From Pirellulaceae bacterium (GTDB lineage: Bacteria; Planctomycetota; Planctomycetia; Pirellulales; Pirellulaceae): a stretch of DNA of 64,000 nucleotides. The first letter of the stretch is position 1. Each line of letters begins with the position of its first letter. The DNA lies in NCBI GenBank assembly GCA_041399085.1, contig JAWKTM010000007.1, forward strand, positions 87,822 to 151,821, in the 5' to 3' direction. The notes under the pieces are model-generated. The model saw only the letters and a program-made list of their open reading frames with translations, did no database searches and was not told where the DNA came from. This document shows, piece by piece, positions 21,439 to 29,170 of the stretch. The position numbers and the translations under genes are program-made.

Positions 21439-21905
21439 ATCAAAAACTCCTCTCTCCGGGCGCGGCTCGCTTCCGCCAAGTTGCACGATCACCCACGCTG
21501 AAGCCAACGACTCGAAGGCTGGCGGATTGGCAAACGCCGGGCGACGTGTTTCGATCCCCAGTCATCGGTGCTGACGCGAGGCACGCGCCGTGCCGATGGA
21601 CAATCGTCACTGCCAATCCAGAACGTTAGGCGAACGCCTAGGAGCGGATATCGTGAAACCACTGAAAAGCACGCGCGCCGCCGCGCGAAAAAGAGCCTCT
21701 AGCCAGCATTAGACTCAATCAGCCGCGGAATTGCAACACGAACCCGGTTGCCGCCGAAATCGTTCTCGCACCGCTTTTTGACGACGCCGAAGTTCATCGG
21801 TTCATAGGTATACCGCGGGCTTCGGCCAGATTGGCGCGTTGCGAGCGGGCGGCGGCGTTTCTACACTTCGCCGCCCGTTGTTTCCTGCCGTCGAGGAAGG
21901 ATTCC

Positions 21906-23714
21906 ATGGCCGTTCGCGTTCGTTTTTTTCTTGCTGTTGATCTTGCTGGCGTCAGCCGTGATGCTGCCTTGGCTCGGCAGCACGCGATTTTGGGATCAGG
22001 ACGAAGGTTTCTGCCAGTACGGCGGCCGAGATGTATGGCGGGCGACTGGATCGTGCCGACGTTCAATGGGCGGATGTTCGGCCATAAGCCTCCAGGATGT
22101 ACTGGATGATGATGCTGGGTCGAAACCTTCGGAGTCAATGAGTTCGCGGCATCGCCTGCCCGGCGATTTTTGGAATCGCGACGGTGCTGCTGACCTACGA
22201 CTTCGACGGCGTTCGTTCAGCAACCGGAGCCGGTTGGTGGGCCGGCCTCGCTCTTGGCCTCATGTTGGATGTTCAACATCGTGGCCCGAGCGGCGACGCC
22301 CGATGTTTACTTGGTATCTTTGTCACGCTGTCGCTGTATCTGTTCGCCAGATGGGGCTTTCCCATTTGCCCGACCAACAGGCGGAGGGCATTGAGCCCGC
22401 AGATCCGCGGACAGAATTCCGCATTGCCCAGTCGCTGGAGCCGTCGCGCTGATCTACGCGGTGATGGGATTGGCGGTGTTGGTCAAAGGCCGCTGGGCGT
22501 GTTGTTTCCTGATGGGCTGTGATTGGCATGTTTCTGTTGTGCATGACCCGGCGGCGAGATTTGCCGAGCGACGCGATCGCCAGTGCCGCTGGCGAGAAGC
22601 ATGGCGGCCGTTTGGCATTGTCAACTTTTGCGGAACCGTTTGGCGGATGCGACTGCTGACCGCCGTTGCCTTGGTGCTGTTCGTGGCCGGTCCGTGTATG
22701 CGGCGGTCGGATGGAAGACGAATGGCGAGTTCTTAAACGAGTTCTTTGGCATCCATCATTTTCGCTGCTTTCACAACGCCGATGGACAACCATCGCGGTC
22801 CGATTTTCTATTACGTACCGGCAGTGCTCGCCGGAATGTTTCCATGGTCGATCTTCGCCGTGCCGGGGATGCTATACGTCATTCGCGGCTTCGCGATCCA
22901 GCAAGCAACGCCTGCAGTTGACCTTCCTGCTCTGCTGGGCCGGCGTTTTCATTGGTCTGTTTAGCTTAGGCCAGCGACGAAGTTGCCGAACTATGTGCTA
23001 CCAGCCTATCCGGGCGCTGGCTTTGTTGTGTGGAGCAATGGTGGATGGTTGGCTCGCGGATCGCCGGCAAGTGTCGCTGCCGTGGATCTGAGTCGGCCTG
23101 ACAGTGATGATTGGTGGTCGGCTTGGCGATCATGATCGGCTTGCCACTAGCTGCAAAACTGGCGATTCGATGGACAAACGTTGCTCGACCGAGCCGCGAG
23201 TGGTGCGTGCGGTACAAGACGACGCCGGATGGCTGGGCGTGCTGGGTGTGCCCCGCTTGGTGGCTTGCGGCGTTCGCTTGTGCCTGGCGAAACGCGGCTC
23301 GCCCCGCGGTCGTTGCGATGGGAACATCCGCGGTAGCCACTTTCTGGCTGTTATGGGGACATAGGGCGCCGCGTGTCGATCGGTTCCAATCGCCACAGGA
23401 CATGGCCCAGGTGGTTGGTGAGCAGGCCGGTGAATCCAGCTTGCGAGTCGGCCACTTCGGTTGCTTCAAACCATCACTTGGTGTTTTACTCGGGTTCCAA
23501 TCGAAGTGTGGCGACGCCGAGGAAGTCGGCCAACTCTTCCGCGCGAGGCGGAAACCTGTTTTTGTTTACGACGGACGAGCGATACGAAGAATTGCGTCGA
23601 GCGTTGCCGCCTGACGTGGTCGTTGTCGAGCGACGGCCGAACTTCCAAGACCGGCGAGCTGCTGCTTCTGGCCGTTCGCCGAGACTTGCCGGCCGCCAGG
23701 AATTGCACCGCTAG
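21906..23714 (+). pseudogene. Glycosyltransferase family 39 (ArnT/PMT-like), heavily frameshifted
   Basis: Successive short plus ORFs contain FWDQDEGF, AGDWIVPTFNGRMFGHKPP and TVLLTYDF segments typical of GT39 N-termini, with a frame change roughly every ~100-200 bp. Confidence 0.55.
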
Positions 23715-23900
23715 GCCGCACGGCACCGCCGCGCCGCGCGCGGACATCGTATTGAACTCTGGCCATCGCTCCATGTCCGGATCGACTTGCCAGTAGCGAA
23801 CCCGCACGGTACACTTCGCCACCGGAACAACGCAGTCTGCGATTCAAAGGCGAACCAGCCACTACGAGTCACCGTCTTCGTGTCCGATATCGGTCCGTTC

Positions 23901-23979
23901 GGAGGGTGTTAGCTAGCGGCCTCATTGGAAATGAGGTGCCCCGTAAGGGGGCTGGTGGGTTCGAGTCCCGTGCCCTCCG
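23901..23979 (+). tRNA. tRNA-Ser(GGA)-like, class II, degenerate D-arm
   Basis: Acceptor GGAGGGT/GCCCTCC, anticodon arm CCTCA-TTGGAAA-TGAGG, long variable hairpin GCCCC-GTAA-GGGGC, T-loop GTTCGAG, followed by a T-run. Confidence 0.45.
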
Positions 23980-24825
23980 CTTTTTCTGATCTTGGTCTCG
24001 TCTTTCGATATCGCTCTAAATCCTGTTGAATCTTCGACTTGAGGCGATATCATTCTGTTGCTGAACGAGGAGACTGCGGTTTCTCCGCCAAACGTTCGAT
24101 TATGAGGCCGATAAGGGTTCGATAAGCCCTTTCTTTTGGTTCGATAAGGGCCGGATGGCACCCTTCGCGTCGAGGTGTTTTGATGCCGACTCGATCTCGC
24201 ACCGTCTGGAAATTGCGCAGTGACGGCCAGTTTGATTGCCGCGTGGGCTGGAAAATCAATGGCCAAGGCAAGCGGGATCAGCACGGTTTCGGCTGCACCG
24301 AGCCGGCGGAAGCTAATGACGGGATCAAGTGCTGCGGCTGCGCGGAAGTGGATGGATCGGAGCATGGAGACGAACGTCAGTTGTTGTTCTTCTATTCATC
24401 GTGCGCTCAAGAACTCGCAACGCTGGAACCCAACCTAACCTTTTCACTGCATCGGCTCGGAGTCGTTGCGGGCGAATCGCGAGTCTCCTCTCGACTTTGA
24501 ATCACCGATGCGATTTTAGACTGCCCACTTGCTCGGTCAGTACCAGGGATTCGCACCCTTGCTCGGTTCATGGGAATAAGTCCGAAAGGTGGCGTCCTAC
24601 TCTCAGTCAACCACAAGCTAATTGAGTGAACCTTTCGCGAGCCTTTTCTGTCTACTATTACAGACACGCGACCGAAGTGGTCGTCAGCAGAACAAGGACA
24701 CCGACAATGATGACTTTACGATCGAGTCTCATATCCGAACAAGAATATCAAGGTAGTTTCGCCAATCAACCGGCGAATACGCCCGCGCTGTGTTTACGCT
24801 TGTGACACTCGACTGAGTATCCACG

Positions 24826-24876
24826 GGATTACCAAAACCCGGTGTCACAAGTGCAAGTGACACCGGGTTTTTTCGT
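24826..24876 (+). terminator. Rho-independent terminator-like hairpin immediately upstream of the tRNA array
   Basis: CCCGGTGTCAC-AAGTGCAA-GTGACACCGGG followed by TTTTTT. Confidence 0.6.
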
Positions 24877-24892
24877 GCCCGGACGACAACTT

Positions 24893-24964
24893 GGGCTGGT
24901 AGCTGAGACGGTATAGCGGCGGTCTGAAGAACCGCAGACGAGGGTTCGAGCACCTCCCGGCCCA
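24893..24964 (+). tRNA. tRNA-Phe(GAA)
   Basis: Acceptor GGGCTGG/CCGGCCC; anticodon loop CTGAAGA; T-arm GAGGG-TTCGAGC. Confidence 0.8.
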
Positions 24965-24992
24965 CTTTGCGCTCAAAGAGCGCGCACAACAT

Positions 24993-25065
24993 GGCCCGTT
25001 CGACTTCGGGTGAGGTCATCGGTCTTTCAAGCCGAGTAGGTTGGGTTCGACTCCCACACGGGCTG
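24993..25065 (+). tRNA. tRNA-Glu(TTC)
   Basis: Acceptor GGCCCGT/ACGGGCT; anticodon loop CTTTCAA; T-loop TTCGACT. Confidence 0.8.
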
Positions 25066-25084
25066 CTTGAAAAAACAACACGAT

Positions 25085-25159
25085 CAGAACGTGGCGAAGC
25101 CTGGTTATCGCGCGTGGTCGGGGGCCACGAGATCGCAGGTTCAAATCCTGCCGTTCTGA
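25085..25159 (+). tRNA. tRNA-Pro(GGG), non-canonical C33
   Basis: Acceptor CAGAACG/CGTTCTG; anticodon arm CGTGG-TCGGGGG-CCACG; T-arm GCAGG-TTCAAAT-CCTGC. Confidence 0.65.
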
Positions 25160-25181
25160 CTGAACGAACAAAACAATTGAT

Positions 25182-25254
25182 CGGGCAGAGGTGCAGATGG
25201 AAGCACGCCTGCTTTGGGAGCAGGAGGGTCTCGGTTCGACTCCGAGGTGCCCGA
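25182..25254 (+). tRNA. tRNA-Pro(TGG)
   Basis: D-stem GTGC/GCAC; anticodon arm CCTGC-TTTGGGA-GCAGG; T-arm CTCGG-TTCGACT-CCGAG. Confidence 0.75.
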
Positions 25255-25264
25255 CTTGAAAAAC

Positions 25265-25336
25265 GGTAGTCGAGGGCTGGTTGCCCATACTCGGCTGATA
25301 ACCGAGTCGCGCTGAGTTCGATTCCCAGGACCACCA
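25265..25336 (+). tRNA. tRNA-Ile(GAT)-like, with A.C mismatches in the acceptor and T stems
   Basis: Anticodon arm CTCGG-CTGATAA-CCGAG; T-loop TTCGATT; atypical D-arm. Confidence 0.5.
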
Positions 25337-25407
25337 CTGAACGCGTAATGAACAGGAGAACAATGATGCACGCTGTCCGCTTGAAACGCATACACCAGAC
25401 CGATCAC

Positions 25408-25480
25408 AGGGTCGTGGTGTAACAGGCAGCACAGCAGACTTTTAATCTGCACGGTGTGGGTTCGATTCCCTCCGGCCCTA
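25408..25480 (+). tRNA. tRNA-Lys(TTT)
   Basis: Acceptor AGGGTCG/CGGCCCT; anticodon arm GCAGA-CTTTTAA-TCTGC; T-loop TTCGATT. Confidence 0.8.
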
Positions 25481-25485
25481 CTCGC

Positions 25486-25558
25486 TGGCGCGTAGCTCAG
25501 CGGTGAGAGCGGCGTCCTTATAAGACGCAGGTCGTGGGTTCAACTCCCATCGCGCCGA
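25486..25558 (+). tRNA. tRNA-Ile(TAT) (UAU anticodon, unusual for bacteria)
   Basis: TAGCTCAGCGGTGAGAGC D-arm; anticodon arm GCGTC-CTTATAA-GACGC; T-arm GTGGG-TTCAACT-CCCAT. Confidence 0.7.
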
Positions 25559-25574
25559 CTGAAGACAACAACAT

Positions 25575-25665
25575 GGGACTAAGGTGTTAGCGGCAGCCGA
25601 CCCGGAAGCCGGGTACCCCGCGGCTCTTAACCGGTGAGGTCAGGGTTCGAGCCCCTGTGGTCCTA
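25575..25665 (+). tRNA. 91-nt tRNA-like gene with canonical acceptor and T-arm but no resolvable anticodon arm
   Basis: Acceptor GGGACTA/TGGTCCT; T-arm CAGGG-TTCGAGC-CCCTG; internal hairpin CCCGG-AAG-CCGGG. Confidence 0.4.
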
Positions 25666-25679
25666 CTGACAATTTGCAA

Positions 25680-25751
25680 GCACTGGTCGTCTAGCGGCGA
25701 AGACTCCGCACCCGTAATGCGGCGACGTCGGTTCGAGTCCGGCCCGGTGCT
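25680..25751 (+). tRNA. tRNA-Thr(CGT), C33
   Basis: Acceptor GCACTGG/CCGGTGC; anticodon arm CCGCA-CCCGTAA-TGCGG; T-loop TTCGAGT. Confidence 0.75.
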
Positions 25752-25783
25752 CTGATGATCTTTGACAATTTGAAACGCAACAA

Positions 25784-25855
25784 GCGCCCATGATGTAAAG
25801 GCCAGCCTACTGCCTTGCCATGGCGGAAGTGCGGGTTCGATTCCCGCTGGGCGCT
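25784..25855 (+). tRNA. tRNA-Gly(GCC), weak D-arm
   Basis: Acceptor GCGCCCA/TGGGCGC; anticodon loop TTGCCAT; T-arm GCGGG-TTCGATT-CCCGC. Confidence 0.65.
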
Positions 25856-25863
25856 CTCAATAT

Positions 25864-25937
25864 CAGGGTGTGGGAAAGCCTGGCATTCCGCGTGCTTCGG
25901 GAGCACGAGATCGTTGGTTCAAATCCAACCATCCTGA
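25864..25937 (+). tRNA. tRNA-Pro(CGG)
   Basis: D-stem GGAA/TTCC; anticodon arm CGTGC-TTCGGGA-GCACG; T-arm GTTGG-TTCAAAT-CCAAC. Confidence 0.85.
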
Positions 25938-25946
25938 CTTAATGAT

Positions 25947-26021
25947 TGCGGTGGGTTCCGTGTTGGTACGGGTAGGCGGCTGTTAACCGCCCTGACGCAG
26001 GTTCGATTCCTGCCGCCGCAG
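25947..26021 (+). tRNA. tRNA-Asn(GTT)
   Basis: Anticodon arm GGCGG-CTGTTAA-CCGCC; T-arm GCAGG-TTCGATT-CCTGC; acceptor TGCGGTG/CGCCGCA. Confidence 0.75.
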
Positions 26022-26038
26022 CTTGTGAACATGAAAAC

Positions 26039-26122
26039 GGAAGGGCAAGCCAATTGGCGATGGCAGCCGCTTCGAAAGCGGTCGAGCGATGAGCCTTGAG
26101 GGTTCGACTCCCTCTCCTTCCG
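26039..26122 (+). tRNA. tRNA-Ser(CGA), class II
   Basis: Acceptor GGAAGGG/TCCTTCC; anticodon loop TTCGAAA; long variable arm; T-arm GAGGG-TTCGACT-CCCTC. Confidence 0.8.
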
Positions 26123-26138
26123 CTGAACGACAAACAAC

Positions 26139-26210
26139 GTGCTCTTGGCCGAGCGGCAAAGGCTCCAGGCTTCCAACCTGGCGAGGCGGGTTCGATTCCC
26201 GCAGAGCACT
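26139..26210 (+). tRNA. tRNA-Gly(TCC)
   Basis: Acceptor GTGCTCT/AGAGCAC; anticodon arm CCAGG-CTTCCAA-CCTGG; T-arm GCGGG-TTCGATT-CCCGC. Confidence 0.85.
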
Positions 26211-26222
26211 CTTCAGATTGAT

Positions 26223-26294
26223 GGGTCGGTAGCTCAGCGGCAGAGCAGGTGCCTGTTAAGTACCAGCGCGCGGGTTCGAGTCCCGCCCGTCCCT
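26223..26294 (+). tRNA. tRNA-Asn(GTT), second copy with a different sequence
   Basis: Anticodon arm GGTGC-CTGTTAA-GTACC; T-arm GCGGG-TTCGAGT-CCCGC; one acceptor mismatch. Confidence 0.7.
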
Positions 26295-26305
26295 CTGTGA
26301 AACGA

Positions 26306-26379
26306 TGCGGGGTAGTCGCTGCTGGTAGTGATGCCTGACTTTGAACCAGGAGGCGTAGGTTCGATTCCTACCCCCGCAG
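26306..26379 (+). tRNA. tRNA-Gln(TTG)
   Basis: Acceptor TGCGGGG/CCCCGCA; anticodon loop CTTTGAA; T-arm GTAGG-TTCGATT-CCTAC. Confidence 0.7.
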
Positions 26380-26433
26380 CTCGAGGCGAACCATGCACGA
26401 ACATGCGTGTCGTTTGAAACACACAACAACCAT

Positions 26434-26536
26434 TGCGGGACAGTCGCTGTTGGTAGTGACGCCTGGCTCCGGGCACCGATCGGCCATAAGGCCGGATTGG
26501 TCGTGGAGGCCGTTGGTTCGATTCCAACTCCCGCAG
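26434..26536 (+). tRNA. 103-nt tRNA-like gene: a paralogue of the Gln tRNA whose anticodon stem-loop is replaced by a ~50-nt insert containing a CGGCC-ATAA-GGCCG hairpin
   Basis: Acceptor TGCGGGA/TCCCGCA; D-arm nearly identical to 26306..26379; T-arm GTTGG-TTCGATT-CCAAC. No 5-bp/7-nt anticodon arm can be drawn. Confidence 0.4.
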
Positions 26537-26546
26537 CTCAAAGGAC

Positions 26547-26631
26547 GGAAGTCATCCGGCTGGATGAGGAGCCTGTTTTGAAAACAGGTGGCGACGCGAG
26601 TCGCTTGTGAGTTCGAGTCTCACGACTTCCG
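26547..26631 (+). tRNA. tRNA-Ser(TGA), class II
   Basis: Acceptor GGAAGTC/GACTTCC; anticodon arm CCTGT-TTTGAAA-ACAGG; variable hairpin GGCGAC-GCGA-GTCGCT; T-arm GTGAG-TTCGAGT-CTCAC. Confidence 0.85.
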
Positions 26632-26642
26632 CTCCGAAAGAT

Positions 26643-26713
26643 GGGCTCATCGTCCAACAGGAAGATGCTGGCGTCGCATGCCAGAGATTCGGGTGCAATT
26701 CCCGATGGGTCCA
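26643..26713 (+). tRNA. tRNA-Ala(CGC)-like (G3.U70 present), reduced D-arm, T-loop TGCAATT
   Basis: Acceptor GGGCTCA/TGGGTCC; anticodon arm CTGGC-GTCGCAT-GCCAG. Confidence 0.55.
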
Positions 26714-26722
26714 CTCAACAAC

Positions 26723-26795
26723 AGTCCTGTGGCCTAGCGGCGAAGGCAGCTCTCTTACAAGGAGCGGATCGGGGGTTCGAGTCCCTCCAGGACTA
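26723..26795 (+). tRNA. tRNA-Val(TAC)
   Basis: Acceptor AGTCCTG/CAGGACT; anticodon arm GCTCT-CTTACAA-GGAGC; T-loop TTCGAGT. Confidence 0.8.
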
Positions 26796-26810
26796 CTTCA
26801 GCAACACGAT

Positions 26811-26903
26811 GCCCAGATACGCCAATCGGCAGAGCGGTCCGGCTCGGGCACCGACCGAAGGTTGGTCGCCGGACGTTTGCAGGTTCGAGTCCTGCTCTGG
26901 GTA
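26811..26903 (+). tRNA. 93-nt tRNA-like gene whose central domain is a 7-bp stem (GTCCGGC/GCCGGAC) enclosing a 24-nt loop
   Basis: Acceptor GCCCAGA/TCTGGGT; T-arm GCAGG-TTCGAGT-CCTGC; no canonical anticodon arm. Confidence 0.4.
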
Positions 26904-26917
26904 CTGACAACACGCAT

Positions 26918-26991
26918 GGCTCGGTAGGCAATTGGCAGACCACTTTGGCTTAGAACCAGAGATGCTGCGGGTTCGAATCCCGCCTGAGCTA
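26918..26991 (+). tRNA. tRNA with Leu anticodon TAG on a short-variable-arm (class I) scaffold
   Basis: Anticodon arm TTTGG-CTTAGAA-CCAGA; T-arm GCGGG-TTCGAAT-CCCGC; discriminator A. Confidence 0.55.
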
Positions 26992-27000
26992 CTTTCATAC

Positions 27001-27073
27001 GTCCTCGTGGAGCAGCGGAGTGCTCGCCTGCCTGTCACGCAGGAGATCGTGGGTTCAAATCCCATCGGGGACG
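27001..27073 (+). tRNA. tRNA-Asp(GTC)
   Basis: D-stem GAGC/GCTC; anticodon arm CCTGC-CTGTCAC-GCAGG; T-arm GTGGG-TTCAAAT-CCCAT; discriminator G. Confidence 0.85.
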
Positions 27074-27079
27074 CTGAGA

Positions 27080-27131
27080 GTCGCCTTTCGCTCCGCGAAA
27101 GCAGCGCTACTTTCGCGGAGCGAAAGGCGAC
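27080..27131. repeat. Perfect 22-bp inverted repeat (GTCGCCTTTCGCTCCGCGAAAG / CTTTCGCGGAGCGAAAGGCGAC) with an 8-nt loop, lying between tRNAs
   Basis: Direct reading of the sequence. Confidence 0.8.
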
Positions 27132-27135
27132 AAAC

Positions 27136-27213
27136 GGCGCGGTACGCAAACCGGTAAAGCGGCGAAGCTCAAAACTTCGTGATCGTCTGTGAGTTCGACT
27201 CCCACCCGTGCTA
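27136..27213 (+). tRNA. tRNA with Leu anticodon CAA, class II-type D-arm but only a 9-nt variable region
   Basis: D-arm CGC-AAACCGGTAAA-GCG; anticodon arm CGAAG-CTCAAAA-CTTCG; T-loop TTCGACT; discriminator A. Confidence 0.6.
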
Positions 27214-27221
27214 CTGAGAGT

Positions 27222-27311
27222 CGTGAGGCGTGAGACTTGGGCATTGGCAGGCCCAAGTGGCTGTAACCCACCCGCTTTCGAGCTTTGCAGGTTCAACTCC
27301 TGCTCGGGCGC
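27222..27311 (+). tRNA. tRNA-Tyr(GTA)-like, class II, with unpaired acceptor stem (probable pseudo-tRNA)
   Basis: D-arm GGGC-ATTGGCAG-GCCC; anticodon GTGG-CTGTAAC-CCAC; 15-nt variable region; T-arm GCAGG-TTCAACT-CCTGC. Confidence 0.4.
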
Positions 27312-27403
27312 ACTGAAAGCATGGCCCTGTTCTTCCTACGGCAGGTGATGCGAGCCTCAAGCCTCCGCGATACGGGTTCAACTCTGTACGGGCTGGCCGA
27401 TAT

Positions 27404-27487
27404 GGCGAGGTGGCGGAACAGGTATACGCGCGCGACGTCAGAACGTCGTCCGCCGGGACATGCGAGTTCGAATCTCGCCTTCGCTAC
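27404..27487 (+). tRNA. tRNA-Leu(CAG), class II with long variable arm; anticodon loop only 6 nt (TCAGAA)
   Basis: Acceptor GGCGAGG/CTTCGCT; D-arm GCG-GAACAGGTATA-CGC (close to E. coli Leu); T-arm GCGAG-TTCGAAT-CTCGC; discriminator A. Confidence 0.7.
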
Positions 27488-27639
27488 TCGAAACACTGCA
27501 GGTGCGACAGGTGTCCAACTGACTTTCATACGGTCGGCGCTCGGCTCGATACCGAGACTCCGCAACTGCGGGTGGGCCAGTGCTCATCGGAGCCTCATGA
27601 GCCTGACTGCCGGGTGCGACCCCCGGACCCGCCACTTAC

Positions 27640-27716
27640 GGCCGAGTACGCAAACAGGCAAAGCGGTCACGTCGAGAGCGTGGCGATTTTGTGGGTTCGA
27701 TGCCCACCTTCGGCCT
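27640..27716 (+). tRNA. tRNA with Leu anticodon GAG, C33, short (8-nt) variable region
   Basis: Acceptor GGCCGAG/TTCGGCC; D-arm CGC-AAACAGGCAAA-GCG; anticodon arm CACG-TCGAGAG-CGTG; T-arm GTGGG-TTCGATG-CCCAC. Confidence 0.55.
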
Positions 27717-27725
27717 TCCACTGAC

Positions 27726-27794
27726 GATCTTGTCCAGCGCAGAAGACGCTCTGGGTGAACCAGGAGATCGATGGTTCGATTCCATCCGCGATCA
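27726..27794 (+). tRNA. Degenerate tRNA-like element (intact T-arm and acceptor, 5-nt anticodon loop)
   Basis: T-arm GATGG-TTCGATT-CCATC; acceptor GATCTTG/CGCGATC with one mismatch. Confidence 0.3.
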
Positions 27795-27892
27795 CTTATG
27801 AATTAATATTCGTAGGTGTTCCGGTAGCACGCGTCCGTGGTAAGGGACGGGAGATTGGGTTCGACTCCCGAACGGACCTCCTCTCAATGAAT

Positions 27893-27964
27893 GGGCTCAT
27901 GCTGATGGAGGCGACTGACCCTTGCAAGGTCGGTGCAGACTGGTTCGACCTGGATCAGGTCCAC
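27893..27964 (+). tRNA. tRNA-Ala(TGC)-like paralogue of 26643..26713, with degenerate T-arm
   Basis: Acceptor GGGCTCA; G3.U70; anticodon arm GACC-CTTGCAA-GGTC. Confidence 0.4.
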
Positions 27965-27979
27965 TTGATTCTGGGCTGA

Positions 27980-28046
27980 TGGTCCAACGGGGAAGACACC
28001 GCCCTGGCGTGGCGGAAATCCGGGCCCGAATTCCCGGTCGGTCCAC
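27980..28046 (+). tRNA. Degenerate tRNA-like element with Ala(GGC)-type anticodon arm
   Basis: CCGCC-CTGGCGT-GGCGG stem-loop plus a CCGGG...CCCGG T-arm-like hairpin; the acceptor cannot be paired. Confidence 0.3.
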
Positions 28047-28063
28047 TGACATTGAAAACATAC

Positions 28064-28147
28064 GGAAGGCAGTTGATATACCCGCCGGGCCGGTTTGCTA
28101 AACCGTGTGACTCCACAAGGTCATGTGGGTCAACCTGATGCCTTCCG
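28064..28147 (+). tRNA. tRNA-Ser(GCT)-like, class II, degenerate T-arm
   Basis: Acceptor GGAAGGC/GCCTTCC; anticodon arm CGGT-TTGCTAA-ACCG; variable hairpin TGAC...GTCA. Confidence 0.45.
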
Positions 28148-28159
28148 GGCTGATGGCCT

Positions 28160-28226
28160 GATGGTGAAATGGAAATCATATCTCGCTTCTAACGAGATGG
28201 TCCAGGTTCAACTCCTGGTCGAGCTT
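28160..28226 (+). tRNA. tRNA-Arg(TCT)-like with an unpaired acceptor
   Basis: Anticodon arm TCTCG-CTTCTAA-CGAGA; T-arm CCAGG-TTCAACT-CCTGG. Confidence 0.4.
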
Positions 28227-28248
28227 CTGATTGAAAACGGAAGGGCAA

Positions 28249-28326
28249 CCCGATTGGCGACGGGACCCGGTTGGAAGCCGGTCGAGCATTTTCTAAACGC
28301 CTTGCGAGTTCGACTCGCTCCGCTGA
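28249..28326 (+). tRNA. Pseudo-tRNA-Ser(GGA), a paralogue of 26039..26122 with a degenerate 3' acceptor and shortened T-loop
   Basis: Shares 5' GAAAACGGAAGGGCAA... with the Ser(CGA) gene; anticodon loop TTGGAAG. Confidence 0.35.
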
Positions 28327-28370
28327 GCAAATGCGTGACGTAACGCGTGAACGGAAAGGACAAGACAATG

Positions 28371-29170
28371 AGCACACTAATTCAAGACGCATTCAAGGCG
28401 ATCGCTATGAAGCTCGTCGAGATTTGCAGGTAACGCTTTCGAGATTGACGTTCGACAAAACGGCGATCGCGAAGTGTACCAGCTCAAGTACCCAACCGGG
28501 GATAACGTCTTGGCTGAGGCGTTCGATGCTTCAAGTCGAAGCAGCGTCACCTGGTGTTGATGTCTCAGGCTGGCGTTTGCCAATTGGTGGACGCTTACTT
28601 GTGCGGCCACGACGAACAACATTTGAAGTCTGTTGCTTCGCTGCCTTCGATCGACAGACAACAACCGTTCGCGCGCGATGGAGGCGTTGAAGCCTGGAGA
28701 CGCAGCGAGAGCAGAAGCGAAAGGGTGTGAAGCACCGACGTCATCGCCGAAAGACAGCGGCGGCGTGCGACAAGGCGAGTGGTTCTTCCTGCCACGACCC
28801 AAGATGCACGCAGGTGAAGCATGACCCGCAACGGCCGATTGGTCCGTGGTGCCGGCAAGCCGCATCGCGTTGAGTGGTTGTATCGTCCTGCGGATCGGGA
28901 CGAGACGTTTGTTCGGGGAGCGGTTTCTGCACCCCGATCACAAGACGATTTACCTGCAAGTATGGCATCGCGTAGTGCAGAACAACGAAGCTGCCAACTC
29001 CTGAGGCACGCCAGTTCACTGCATGTTGTACCTCGATTAAACCTGGGCCGTCGCGCTTCGGTGACGGCGGCCCACATTTATGGTGTCCGTGGTGTACGCG
29101 GTGTAGCACGTCTGCTCGTGAAGCAGAATGTACGGTCCCCTGTCGGTCACCCTTCGGAACAGAGAAAGGA
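28371..29170 (+). pseudogene. Hypothetical gene(s) split across frames (MSTLIQDAFKAIAMKLVEIC... / FEIDVRQNGDREVYQLKYPTGDNVLAEAFD...)
   Basis: Protein-like segments in shifting plus frames; no recognisable family. Confidence 0.25.

Noticed and set aside
23990-24800. ORFs 24180..24500(+) and 23922..24365(-) between the Ser-like tRNA and the array
   Set aside because: No recognisable motifs, and the opposing-strand ORFs overlap each other. Coding status could not be supported.
27311-27400. Possible tRNA at the TTCAACT motif
   Set aside because: No acceptor or T-stem pairing could be drawn. The segment contains the GAGCCTCAAGCCTC repeat motif, so it was treated as repeat or spacer.
24900-28400. 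Numerous 60-170-aa ORFs on both strands across the tRNA array
   Set aside because: The region is filled with tRNA structures, and the ORFs lack start context and protein-like composition.
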